A stretch of 64,000 nucleotides of DNA from Eledone cirrhosa (taxonomy: Eukaryota). Under the pieces are notes generated by a model. It was not told the origin of the DNA and ran no database searches. It was given only the letters and a program-made list of their open reading frames with translations. Positions 1 to 10,586 of this stretch are shown one piece after another. A program made the position numbers and the translations under genes. Within the stretch, counting starts at the first letter, position 1; the number at the start of each line of letters is the position of its first letter. The DNA is taken from contig OZ024745.1 of assembly GCA_964016885.1 (NCBI GenBank), forward strand, positions 79,236,001 to 79,300,000, read 5' to 3'.

Positions 1-1360
1 CCTCCAAGCCATAACAGGAATTCGTGACTGGCTTGTCCATGGGAGCTCCTATATGCTGATGATCTAACCGTCAATAAAAGATATAGAGAAGTTCCAAAGA
101 GTAAAGGAAGCAGGAAAGAGGATAATAAACTGCTACCATCATGGAAATGACAGTGCTCAGTATATGGAAAAGGAGTAAGTAGGAATTCCATAGTCAACAC
201 AGCGGAAGCTGAGGGCACACGAGAGATGTAGTAGGATCACAGGTAGGCTGTCAAGGAAAGTAGACTTCATATGTCATATGTGTATAATGGCAGGAGACAA
301 TAGTAAGAGTACTATTGTCAAATGTTCAGAAGGCCCACATGGGAAGTTTACCAGCCATTGGTGTGTGTGTATACCACAGTTGCTCTCTTCCTGGTGAGAC
401 AACTACAAGAGTTTTTGACCAAGAAGAAGCTATTTTTTGCTTTTGTTGAACTAGAAAAAGCCTTTGACAGAGTACTTTGATCTGTCATCTAGTGGTCCTT
501 AAGGAAATTAGTTGTAGAAAAATGGCTTGTGAGAACAGTGCAACCCATGTACAGAAGAGCTGTTAGTAAAGTGATAGTAGCAGTGAGTTTAGTAAGGATT
601 CAAGGTACAGGAAGTTCGTCAGGATTTGGTCCTCAGCCCACTTTTGTTCATAATAGTCATCCAGGACATAACAGAGGAGTTTAAAACTGGCTGTTCTTGG
701 GAACTTCTGTATGCCGATGATGTCCCTCATAGCTGAATCCATAGAACTAGAGAATATGTTCCAAATGTGGAAACAATTTAGAACCAAAAGGTCTGAGAGT
801 AAACTTTTAAAAAAATAAAGTGTTAGTAAGTAGGAAAGAAGACATGACCGTGATTCTCTTAGTGAAGTGGCCCTATTCAATATGCAGAAAAGGAGTAGGC
901 AGAAACTCTAGACGATGTACAAAATGCAAATCCTGGATACACAAGAGGTGTAGTGGTATAACAAACAGAGTAACAGGAAAGGAAGACTTTGTATGTAATA
1001 GATGCATAGGGGTAATCAATAGTAAGTACGTCAATGATGTATACCTTTTTCAATCATAAGAAGGATCCATGGAAGTGGTTGATAGCTTCTGCTACCTAGA
1101 TGATTTAATTAGCAGTGGAGAAGGATACTCCAAGAGCATAGTAACTAGAATAAGGTTAGAATGGGAGAAGTTTAGAGAGTTCTGTTGACAACAAAAGGTT
1201 TCTTCCTATGAACGAAAGGATGGCTGTATGATGCCTTTGTGCAATGTTGTATGGTAGTGAAACAGAAACTGATTACGGAGGGTATGCGTAGACCAGAGAG
1301 AAATGAAGTAAGCATGCTTCGAAGGTTGTGCAATGATAATGTATGTAAATGACAAAGCAT
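1..1360 (+). mobile_element. Two tandem degraded RTE RT fragments
   Basis: LYADD at about 50 and about 710, FVELEKAFDRV, KWPYSICRKGVGRNS..CTKCKSWIHKRC, FCYL. Confidence 0.85.
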
Positions 1361-1634
1361 GTGTGTTTCAGATATGTAGATCACTTAAGGAAGAACCCAT
1401 CAATATCAATCATTTGTTTTTGCTTTGAACTATTTCCATTTCACATCTGAAAAGAGGGTATTAGGCCTGAAATATCATGTTAAAATATACTGGGTAAAAC
1501 ATTACTTTGTTGTATTTTATTTGTCATCCTTGGTCCTTTATATATTTCTACTGCATTGTACCAGCTTTTTAAAACTTATCAGTCATTTATTACATATCTC
1601 ACAATGCTTCATATTAACTATACTAATATATATA

Positions 1635-2239
1635 TTACCTTAAATAGCAACTACCCAGCCATTTCTATTCTCCATATATTTCATCATGTTTTTTGCTGTG
1701 ACCATTCTTCTCTCCCCTTCTACCTACCTATTTCACCACTTTCTACTCACCCCTCTTTCTTCTCCTCCCTTTCCCTCTATCTACTCTTACCCCACTTTCT
1801 TCCTCCCCTTCTCCCTCTCACTTTCACCCCCTCATCTGACCGTTTAGCAGTTCTCTTCTCACCTACAACTGCGGCGATCGTACGTGTGTCTTGTTTCTCT
1901 CGATTACTCAGTCTCGAGCTTAAGTTCTATTATCGAGTGGTCTTGGATGTCCTACCCATAGCTGCTCGCACATTGCTCGGTTTGTGTTTTTTTTTTCGCT
2001 GTTTTGTTACTGTTTCTCTTTTCTTCCCTTTTGCTTTCCTTCCTTCCTTCCTCCGTTTTCCCAATAACTTATCCAGTTATTGACGCCTTGAGGTGAAGTG
2101 GTATCTTGTCTTTAAAGCGTAGAAATATCCTAGACCCCCAGTAGACAACTGATGAGGAATGCCCCGTTCTTGCTTTCTTCGTATTCCCACTGCATTTTAA
2201 GTTACCTTAAATAGCAACTACACAGCCATTTCTATTCTC
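1635..2239 (+). mobile_element. About 600-bp element bounded by a 38-bp direct repeat, with a degenerate hammerhead core (Penelope terminal repeat or retrozyme-like)
   Basis: ttaccttaaatagcaactac(c/a)cagccatttctattctc at 1635-1672 and 2202-2239; ATC-TTGTCT...AGACAA-CTGATGA at 2103-2155. Confidence 0.5.
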
Positions 2240-2418
2240 TCTCTCTCTATATATATATATATGCTAATTTTAGGTTTAATCAATACATATGAAATATATA
2301 TCGATATTGTTTCTCAGTACAAAGCTCAATAAATTTCAGTTGAGAACATCAATCATAAAAGTTTATATCATATTTATATATACACATACATACATACATA
2401 CATACATACATACATACA

Positions 2419-2941
2419 TGATGATGGCTGCCCCCTCATTATCGAGTATGGCCATTGCACGATATACCATTATTAATAATTATTAATTAATTCTATCGTG
2501 CAATGCCTGTGCGTGAAGATATTTTTTAAAGTGAGGAAAGACTGTGCACTGAGCCAATCCCACTCTCTGAGCGACAGTAGCTATAACCCGAAAAGAAGAA
2601 AAGCGGTAACTACTGAGCCGCAGGTTTTATATCAGAGTTATCCCGGTTTTCTGAGTTGCCTTCTAGAAGAATGCCTTGACAAAGGCTAGAGGTCCTTCAC
2701 TCCCAGTGGTTTAACCGCGCAGTACGTGTGTCTATACATATTTACATACTTTCGGATGGCCGTTGACTCTTATGAGTTCTTTTGCCTTTTGTCAGGTTTT
2801 ATTTTTTGTCCTGCAGGGTGTCCAAAATCACCCTCCTCACCAAGTAAACTTGGTGGGGTTGCCGGTTTAGTCGCCTACGACCCAACCATGCGACAGTTTG
2901 TACTGGGTTACATGTTACCAGTAGCACTCAAGAGTGACCCG
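2419..2941. mobile_element. About 520-bp interspersed element inserted in a (TACA)n microsatellite
   Basis: (TACA)n on both sides; GC-richer than flanks; GTCGTAGGCGACTAA hairpin on -. Confidence 0.6.
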
Positions 2942-3046
2942 ACATACATACATACATATGTATGTACACACATACACACTCACATATATATATACATATA
3001 TAAGTACCAGTCAACAGGTTAGATTATACCTCTTTTATTCATAATC

Positions 3047-3105
3047 ACTGTTATATATATTTCGGTGATAACTGTTATGCAGTAGTTATGACTTCATCAG
3101 ACAGT
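3047..3105 (-). ncRNA. Type I minimal hammerhead ribozyme motif (Penelope-like element type)
   Basis: ACTGT-CTGATGA-AGTCATAACT..AGTTATCACC-GAAA-TATATA-TA-ACAGT; palindromic stem III; A.C mismatch at the first stem II pair. Confidence 0.72.
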
Positions 3106-3542
3106 CTTATGTTGAACAGAAAAAACAGAAAAACATAAAGAAGCAATAAAAATTACTCCTGTTGTTTCGATTCATTGATATGCCCCGGGCTGATATTTGG
3201 TGTTGCCTTCTCAAAGAACCAGTGACTTAGAATAAATAACCTTCAGCAAAAGGGATATAGAAGGCCACAATCTATTGGTCAGAGATAGTTTCACCAGTAT
3301 ATCAAGCCATTGTGAATTTCTTAGTGGTGCCATGGTTAGTGATTTGCCTTCTACTTGTTCAGGAACCAGGTCAATCAAGGATGCTTTAGCGGTAGGGTTG
3401 ATATTGGAGATAGGTTACTTTGTCAGATGGATTTGTTTACAGCAACAACAATAACAAGCTGCATTGATACATTTCTTGTACTATATTTTCATAAAGAAGC
3501 GTTTAACACACTATATTTTTAACAGTATCTTCAAACTCGTCG

Positions 3543-3631
3543 AAGTGCCTGATGACTAATTCACAAATTTGATCGCTCTTACAATATGGAGAGATGATCA
3601 AAATTGGGCCTTGGAAACTTAGGTAGCACTT
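3543..3631 (+). ncRNA. Type I minimal hammerhead ribozyme motif (Penelope-like element type)
   Basis: AAGTGC-CTGATGA-[long stem II incl. CAAATTTGATC/GATCAAAATTG]-GAAA-CTTAGG-TA-GCACTT; predicted GUA cleavage after 3625. Confidence 0.72.
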
Positions 3632-3812
3632 TTGTTCCATGTATGAATATGAATAAATAAAATATCAGCTCTCATACCAGATTGAAAAATAGACGTTAAA
3701 TGGTGTTGATGATGATGATGACACATACACAGATTTATATACACACACACAAACATACAGGCACCTGTACACAAGTTATATACTTATATATAAAATGTAT
3801 TTTATTCCATAG

Positions 3813-3896
3813 CGAGAAATAAAAGGAAACAACAAAGGAAATAGCAAAGGAAACAACAAAGAGAAGAAAACTACTACTAGTTCTTCTAAACAATTG
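3813..3896 (+). CDS. FANCI: FANCI exon (REIKGNNKGNSKGNNKEKKTTTSSSKQL)
   Basis: ttccatAG acceptor, GTAAG donor, 84 nt phase 0, Lys-rich linker expected just before the conserved C-terminal helix. Confidence 0.7.
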
Positions 3897-6800
3897 GTAA
3901 GTTACAGATTTCTTGTTTTGGTTGCTGTTGCTTGCTACTGTTGTTGCATAAACTTAGACACCAATATCAGCACAATTCTGGTTTAACTTGAATTAAAGTG
4001 CCACATGGCTGAGTCTTCCTGTAAAAAAGAACATGAACTGAACATGACAGACCAACACAATTCTTAATACTTATATAGGCTGGAGAGAAATGTGAGCATG
4101 CTTTGATGGTTGTTAATGTACGTAAACGACAAAGCATGGATAAACTGAGAGAAAAATTATGTGTAAGAGGAATTAGATGTAGAGTGCGCAAGAGAGAAAA
4201 CTATGCTAGTATAGACATGTGATATGTGGATCAGGACTGCTAGGGGAAGAAGTGCTAAGAAATCTCAGTGGAAGGAAATTGCAATATCGCTGAATCTCAC
4301 AAAGTTCATGAAGAAACACGAATGAAGGGATGCTATACTGAAAAGATCCATCTAACCCATGTAATCATGGAAAAGTGGACATAAAATGATGTTAGTTATG
4401 GTGGCGGTGATGACAGTGATGATAACAATGACGCAGCTGCTTGTATCGTGGATCATTTCTCAAGGTTGAGTATTCTAAATGTTTGGATTTCTTTGTATCA
4501 TTTGTTGTTGTTAGCCACAAACATTAGGACCATTCTACCTTGATTTGATGCTGCCACCTTACTTCTGGTACCAAACTGCCTTGATGCATTGCCTACATGC
4601 ATGGCTTTGAGGTTAAATTCATTCTGCAATTATGTGCTTCTGGGTTCAATCACACTGCCATGACAGCTTCGGTAGATGTTTCTTCTGAACACATTAGCTG
4701 ACCCATATTGCCCAGTGCTTATTGTATGGAACCAGCCCACACTGTAAAGCATTACTGCTGGGGCCACGACAAAAAGTATTGAGTCTGCACTGGAGGGCAG
4801 TACTGCTGATGCCATGGTGGAAAGTACTCAGTTGCTCTATAAGGCGTTACTATTGGTATCCCTTTCCGCACAGTAAAACTGTAGCGCCAGGGCCACAATC
4901 AAAAATAACCTAGTCTACACTGTAGTGCTGGTGTCCCAACAAAAAGCATCCAGTTCACCCTGTAAGGCGGTGGTGCCAGAGTTATGATAAAATGCTCCCA
5001 ATACACACTGTAAATCCGTTAGCATTACGAGGGGCATCCAACAGTAGAAACTAGAATGTGTAGTCACATGTCCAGTCTAGCCTCAGTATGTGACAGCCTG
5101 TCTCACCCATGTAAGTATGGAAAATAGAAAATAGACATGAAATGATGATGATGTGTGTCGTAAGCTGACAACCAAATGTGATTATATCAGTGAAAAACCA
5201 AAAAAGATATGGGAAGGAATTGTAAGGTTAAATCTAAGAATATTGGGCTTTACTGATGAAATGATACAGGATTGATTGAACTGGAGTAATCATCATCATC
5301 ATACATGTATTTTCCTCTTTTGCATGGGCTAGACAGGTTGTCACGCTCTGAGGCTAGACAGGCATGTCAGATGACTGTCTTTCTCATATGTTCCATTTAT
5401 GGCTGGATCCCCTTCCTAATGCCAACCACTTCACAGTGTGTCCTGGGTGCTTTTTTCATAGCACCGCCTTTAGACACGTCTAACCTATGCCAGCATGGGA
5501 AAACATTTGTAAACATGGATTGGGGTTGGCAGCAGCAATGGCAACAATACAAAGAGTATTTTCACTTGATAGAAAAGTCTTTGAGAAATATATGATAAAA
5601 TGTTTATATGTTATCTGATAATATAATAATAATAATGAAATTATTGTGTACAGTGCTCAAGTGCACTACAACTCGTCAAAGGTGCATGTATAGTACATAG
5701 AATAATATACAAATGTCAGGGAAGTGAATAGTGTGAGTCATAATATACATGTGTGCGTGTGTATGGAGAGGGAATATTAGGTGTAGTGTTGGCGAATCTC
5801 AGGAAGCATGGAGGTTTCTCAAGAGTAGTATTTAATTTATCAATTGCTACTAAACATTATCCCAGCCTAGTTGATGAAGTGACAAGAACATAATTTTATC
5901 TCTCAGTACATTGAGACATGTAGGCAGTGAATTAGCAGGGTTGTTAGAACAGATGGAATTCTTTGTATTCATTCTGCCTCGCTGCACTGTAAGTTAAAAT
6001 CTCACTGAGGTCAACTTTATGTTTCATCCTTTGGAGATCAATAAAAAAAATCTCCAGTCCAGTACTGGTGTCATTTCTTCCTCTATATCTCACTCTTCTG
6101 GAAGAAAGCAGCTGTGTTCAGACCTGGAGAGGGATGGGTTCTGCCAGGTTTAAAATGCCCATGGCACATTGTATGTCAATGTGGTTACGATACAACACTA
6201 TCAAGAGTTATGAATCCATATATACATAAATTAAGACACATTTCTCTTTGTTTGCAGGCCTCTTCCATTGTGAAGCAGGGTAAAGTAGTGCCCAAACTTA
6301 TCTTTGCTATTGAAAGCTATGAGAAATTTTTGGTCCAACTTAGCAAAAAATCCAAAGTAAGAAGTCATTTTTTTAATCCTTTCTTATTTGACATTAATAA
6401 ACTTCCTTATATTTTTAAATGTAGAATTATTTTTTAAAATACTTTTGAGATTTTTACAACCACATCTTCTTTCAAATGGTATTTCTTATAAAATTTCAGT
6501 GAAAGCAGTGGCCTAGTTGTTAGAGTGTTGGATCACAATCATTAAATCATGAGTTCAATTCCCACACTGGGCAGCACATTATGTCCTTGAGCAAGACACT
6601 TTATTTACATTACCCTAGTTCACTCAACTGGAAAAAATAAGTCACGACAATACTGTGCTTATGCGTTTCTATTGGACAAGGTCTGTGATGTAGAGAGGGG
6701 AGACTGGCATGCATGGGTAACATGTCTTTAACAAAACATCTTTCCCAGGCTTGTGCCTTGGAAAGGAACTTTCCAGATGCAAACCCATAGTGAGTTGTTA

Positions 6801-9647
6801 TGACCAAAGAGTGCCTCAATATAAGATTTCAATTTTACTTTGATTTGAATTAAGTTGTAATGTGCATTAAAAATTTAGACTGTTTAATTCCCATTTGGAA
6901 GAGGAGGGGAACAAAGTTTCTGTAGAAATCAGCATTTAATTCTTAAAAAATTGTATTATTTATTATATTTATTAGTTTATTTCAAAAATGTCATAATTGA
7001 AAATGTATAAAGTTTACTAGAAAAATATTCTAAAAATTCTATTATGAGAATTATCAAAATTCTCATAATAATGGATTTTTCAAAATGTTATATATTATCA
7101 TCATTTAAATTCCTTTTTCCCAACTTGCAAGGATTGGACAAGTCTTCACAGACCAAGTTAGTACTCAAGTAGAACTACTGAACTGGAGCTTGCATCCCAC
7201 TTACATAGGGTCCTGTGCTTTACCAAGTGCATTTTCAAGCCAGGCTCGTTTGTCCTATCAGTAGCTTTTCTTCACCTGTCGGTCATGCTGGCAATACACA
7301 ACGTTTTCTTTCTTCATTTTGGTGGTGTCCCTTTCGCTCTTGCCTTTTTCCGTTCATTGATCAGTTCCTAAGTTGGTTCACAATGCCATCACTCTCCTGC
7401 ACTGCTGTTGTAAATAGCGCTCATGCTAGAACCTGTTGTGCAGTGTCAGTTGATACTGCTGCACCCTATCAGGATCTTACAGCCTTAGCCTTTCTTGCTG
7501 TATCCATTTCTTCAAGCGCTCCTGTAGAGTGGCTCACAGCAGATGGTGATCTGAACCAACGTTTGCATTCCTATACACTCTGACATCATGTACTGAGGAT
7601 TTCCAGCGTTGATAATGCAGATATAGTCGATCTCATTTCTGGAGGATTTTGTCTTGTGGCTTTGTGCTTAAGGTAGGTATTGCTGACGCTCAGGCTGTCC
7701 CCAGCACAGAACAGTGGCAGCCTTTTGCCAGTGTCTGTGTGCTTCCGAGCAGAACCGGATGGTCCAATAACCTGCTGTCATTCAACTGGGCTTTGAAGCC
7801 GCCGATCAGTAGTTTGATGTCGTTGCTGGGCAGTTCATTGAACGTGTCCTGCAACTGTTCGTAGAAGTTATCACTATCCTCTGTTGGCATGCAGACCTGC
7901 ACGATGTGTCACAACAAAAAGCTCCCAGCACACACTGTAAAGGTGGTTGGTGTTGGTCGGGCACCCAGCCATAGAAACAGTTCTGTACAAGCATGACTAC
8001 CTGAGCTGACTCGCCTCAAATGGGACAACCCGTCTAACTGATGCTAGCGTGTAAAATATAAATGATGATGATGAGTGTGTGTAAACAGAAATCAGTGAGT
8101 TGTACATGTTATGTTTGCCACTTAACATAGGTCAATCTCATGGAATATGTGAAACCAAGTGTAGCCAGGGATTTCCGCATCAATGGAGCTGTTGTGAGAG
8201 CAGCCTTGAAAGAGCTGAGTACATCTGAGGACAGCGAAGATGAAAATGATGAGAACAGGGTAAGCATGGCTAATAATAATAAACTATTAGATATTAATCT
8301 ATTCAAGGTGAGGGGTTGTTTTTGATTTAAATCTTTTCAAAAGATTATTATATGGTGGTTTGGCAGAAATACAATATCTCCCATGAAAGGTCACCTTTAC
8401 TTTTGATCCTTCTGGCCTTATGAAAACTGGATTGTCAGAGAAAAAAAATGGCCAGCAGTTTCATTTACTTTTCATCCTTCCATGATTAACCTTTTTTTTT
8501 CACCATATTTCTAATGAAATATATCGTATTCAAATTTTAGGGAAGTAATTATCTCATTATTAATATGTCCTTCTTCAGGCATTGTGTAAGATTTAAGAAG
8601 AATTTCACTGGTATTTCTATTTTTTGGGGTTACCCAGGTCAATATCACCTTTTGACCCATGAGTGCCTTTACTGTTGTAAGAACTCAGATCAGGTTTTCG
8701 ATAAGAGGACATCATATCTCTTAATATACCAACCATTACCAGTTCTTACCTATGATTAATTTCCCACTATTTTATCAGGTGGTGCATAATCCAACATTTT
8801 CTTCTACCTTAGTTTGTGATTTATGCCCAGTGAGCACAGTATTTTGGGAAGTCCATCCAAAGTCACCATCACCCAGCTTGATTATATATAGGGATTGAAG
8901 TAGTGACAACTCCTAACTTAATTTTCTCAATCCAAACCATTGTGAAAAGCCTACAACGCTTTTGTTGCCATACTTCTAATTAAATGTACTGTCCATCGTT
9001 TAATGTCTATCTTCCACGCTAGCATGGGTTTAGAGCATGTTTCATTATATTTGAAAACAATGAAGAATTTAGAGGAATTTAGTAAAATAATATTTTCATT
9101 AAGCTGACATTTGAAATAACTTAAAGCAGTTTTGTATCATAAAACTAGGAGTAGTTTCAGACAGTTTGGTATCAAAAGGGTTAATGAAATAATACTAAAT
9201 TCACCAGAGGGGCAACCTGGACTACCAATCACCTACAAATACATGTCCAGGCTCCATTCTGTACTCTGAAAATATGGTGTCTGTACATATATACATTCCA
9301 CTATCGACTCAGTATCAGCAGTTAGAACCTTCAGATACTCTAGTTCAAAGCCTTGCTCCCCACTAACCAAATGTAATCTCTTTTTACCTTGCATGTATTC
9401 AATTTAGAATAGCTATACTGTATCCCCACATGTTGTAAGAAGTGACTAATTTGGTTTTGGGAAGGGCTTACCGTAAAACATTGCCTCAAAACGTCCTGTC
9501 CACCGAGGGACTGTGGTTAGGAGAAATAGCCAATTTAAGTAGGAATGAGCTAGACTGTGATATATGTATCTCATTTCTGTTTCAAACAAATTATTTCAGG
9601 ATGAAAATGCCAATGATGAACCTCCATCAAAGAAAACACGCAGTTGA
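3813..9647 (+). CDS. FANCI: Fanconi anemia group I protein, 3' part (exons 3813-3896, 6258-6356, 8131-8259, 9600-9647); upstream exons not identified in the window
   Basis: Spliced translation ...[55 protein letters not shown]...EDSEDENDENR|DENANDEPPSKKTRS* matches the FANCI C-terminal motifs ([27 protein letters not shown]...STSRDFKI), an acidic stretch and a terminal basic NLS. All introns are GT-AG, phase 0. Confidence 0.92.
3990..4400 (+). mobile_element. Degraded RTE 3' fragment
   Basis: Similar to the 3' ORF and tail of the other RTE copies (LREKL..RGIRC; catggaaaagtggacataaaatgatg). Confidence 0.7.
4700..5150 (+). repeat. Degenerate minisatellite (about 45-48-bp units) ending in an RTE-type tail
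   Basis: About 7 units of cactgtaaag..gtgctggtgccac..aaaa..cccagt; related arrays at about 25930-26250, 36200-36580 and 58840-59180. Confidence 0.7.
5619..5815 (-). mobile_element. 5'-truncated CR1 3' end, same family as 28600-31649
   Basis: Reverse complement matches about 31450-31649, including gagttgtagtgcac..ctgtacacaa and the (ATT)n tail. Confidence 0.8.
6258..6356 (+). CDS. FANCI: FANCI exon ([33 protein letters not shown])
   Basis: tttgcAG acceptor, GTAAG donor, 99 nt, conserved FANCI motif. Confidence 0.93.
6503..6820 (+). mobile_element. tRNA-derived SINE
   Basis: TGGCCTAGTTGTTAGAG A-box-like, GAGTTCAATTCC B-box-like, gtccttgagcaagacactt domain. Confidence 0.78.
7130..7905 (-). 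mobile_element. Degraded fragment of a second RTE family (APE and downstream region)
   Basis: QVCMPTEDSDNFYEQLQDTFNELPSNDIKLLIGGFKAQL is an RTE APE-like motif. Confidence 0.65.
8131..8259 (+). CDS. FANCI: FANCI exon ([17 protein letters not shown]...DENR)
   Basis: catAG acceptor, GTAAG donor, 129 nt, conserved RDF motif. Confidence 0.93.
9600..9647 (+). CDS. FANCI: FANCI terminal coding exon (DENANDEPPSKKTRS*)
   Basis: tttcAG acceptor, in-frame TGA, NLS-like end; several AATAAA motifs at about 9850-9920. Confidence 0.8.
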   Translation, partial: DENANDEPPSKKTRS

Positions 9648-9798
9648 AAGTACTTTTTTTTCTTATACTACTTTCAAACCACAGCTGGCTGGGAAGTGGA
9701 ATGTTAAAGAGTTCATATCTGTCTATGTTCACCCAGTCCATTTCATTTTGGAACACTATGCAAACTGTAGTACCCACCAGGTCTACAGAACTTTTCAG

Positions 9799-9804
<6 letters not shown>

Positions 9805-9837
<33 letters not shown>
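9805..9837 (+). repeat. Poly(A) tract (33 nt) in the FANCI 3' UTR region
   Basis: Direct reading. Confidence 0.95.
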
Positions 9838-9840
<3 letters not shown>

Positions 9841-10586
9841 AGCAAACATTGTAATAAAAATTACAGTTTAAGAAAAATTCAAACAAGTTAATTCTAATAA
9901 ACTTTATTTTCAAATAAATGTACATTCACTTTCTAAGGAAAACCTTGGTTATATTTTGTTACTTTTGTCAAATGAGTCATTTGAACTAACCACACTCTTG
10001 TGTTACAAAAAGATACAACTCCCATCCTTTCTTCCAAGAAGAAAAAAAAAAAAAAAAAAAAAAAGTGTCACCATACACCATGGAAATACCAATTAGTCAT
10101 ACTTTGGCCTTGGTTGGTCGGGGGGAGGGGAGAGGCTTTAACCTAGATCTGTTTTGTTTTTTCATCAACCCCTTGATAATTATTACTACATAAACTTATT
10201 TCCCTCATAGCAAATCTCAAGGGAGACTCACGAATGCTTTCAAAAGGAGCCGGAGATAAAAAGTATACAGAGAGAAAATATCTAGCAACTCCTTTTATTT
10301 CTTGAAATAAAATGTGTTTGTTGTTTAGCCAAAGGTCAGCTCAGAACAAGACCCACAAAAAAGCGTTCCAACTGAACATCCCCACATTTTTAGAGTATCT
10401 TAGATTACATTATCCAATGTGCTCAGACAGTAGGGTATTTGAAAGAGATTTTGCTGTTATTCCTAGCATGTTGAACAATCAACGGCAAAGATTTATTTGC
10501 TGGCTGGAAAGCACTGAGGTCAACAGGTAGAAAAGAAGAAACATACTATTTAAGTAGATATAAAGGTATCTGAAGAGTACAAAGTA

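Noticed and set aside
1556-2083. 175-aa hydrophobic ORF
   Set aside because: Produced by a pyrimidine-rich low-complexity repeat; no splice context or motif.
4700-5040. CRISPR-like repeat array
   Set aside because: Eukaryotic context, degenerate tandem units without unique spacers, no cas genes; it is a retroelement-derived minisatellite.
6503-6570. tRNA gene
   Set aside because: A/B boxes are present but there is no complete cloverleaf, and it continues into a SINE body; the same holds for the heads at about 34150 and 46500.
8560-8960. R2/NeSL-type endonuclease relic (YRKPDL on -)
   Set aside because: Motif order is inconsistent and there are no other supporting motifs.
9442-9891. Poly-Lys/poly-Phe ORFs; possible retrocopy poly(A) tail
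   Set aside because: Translation of a genomic A33 tract in the FANCI 3' UTR; FANCI retains its introns and no TSD is seen.
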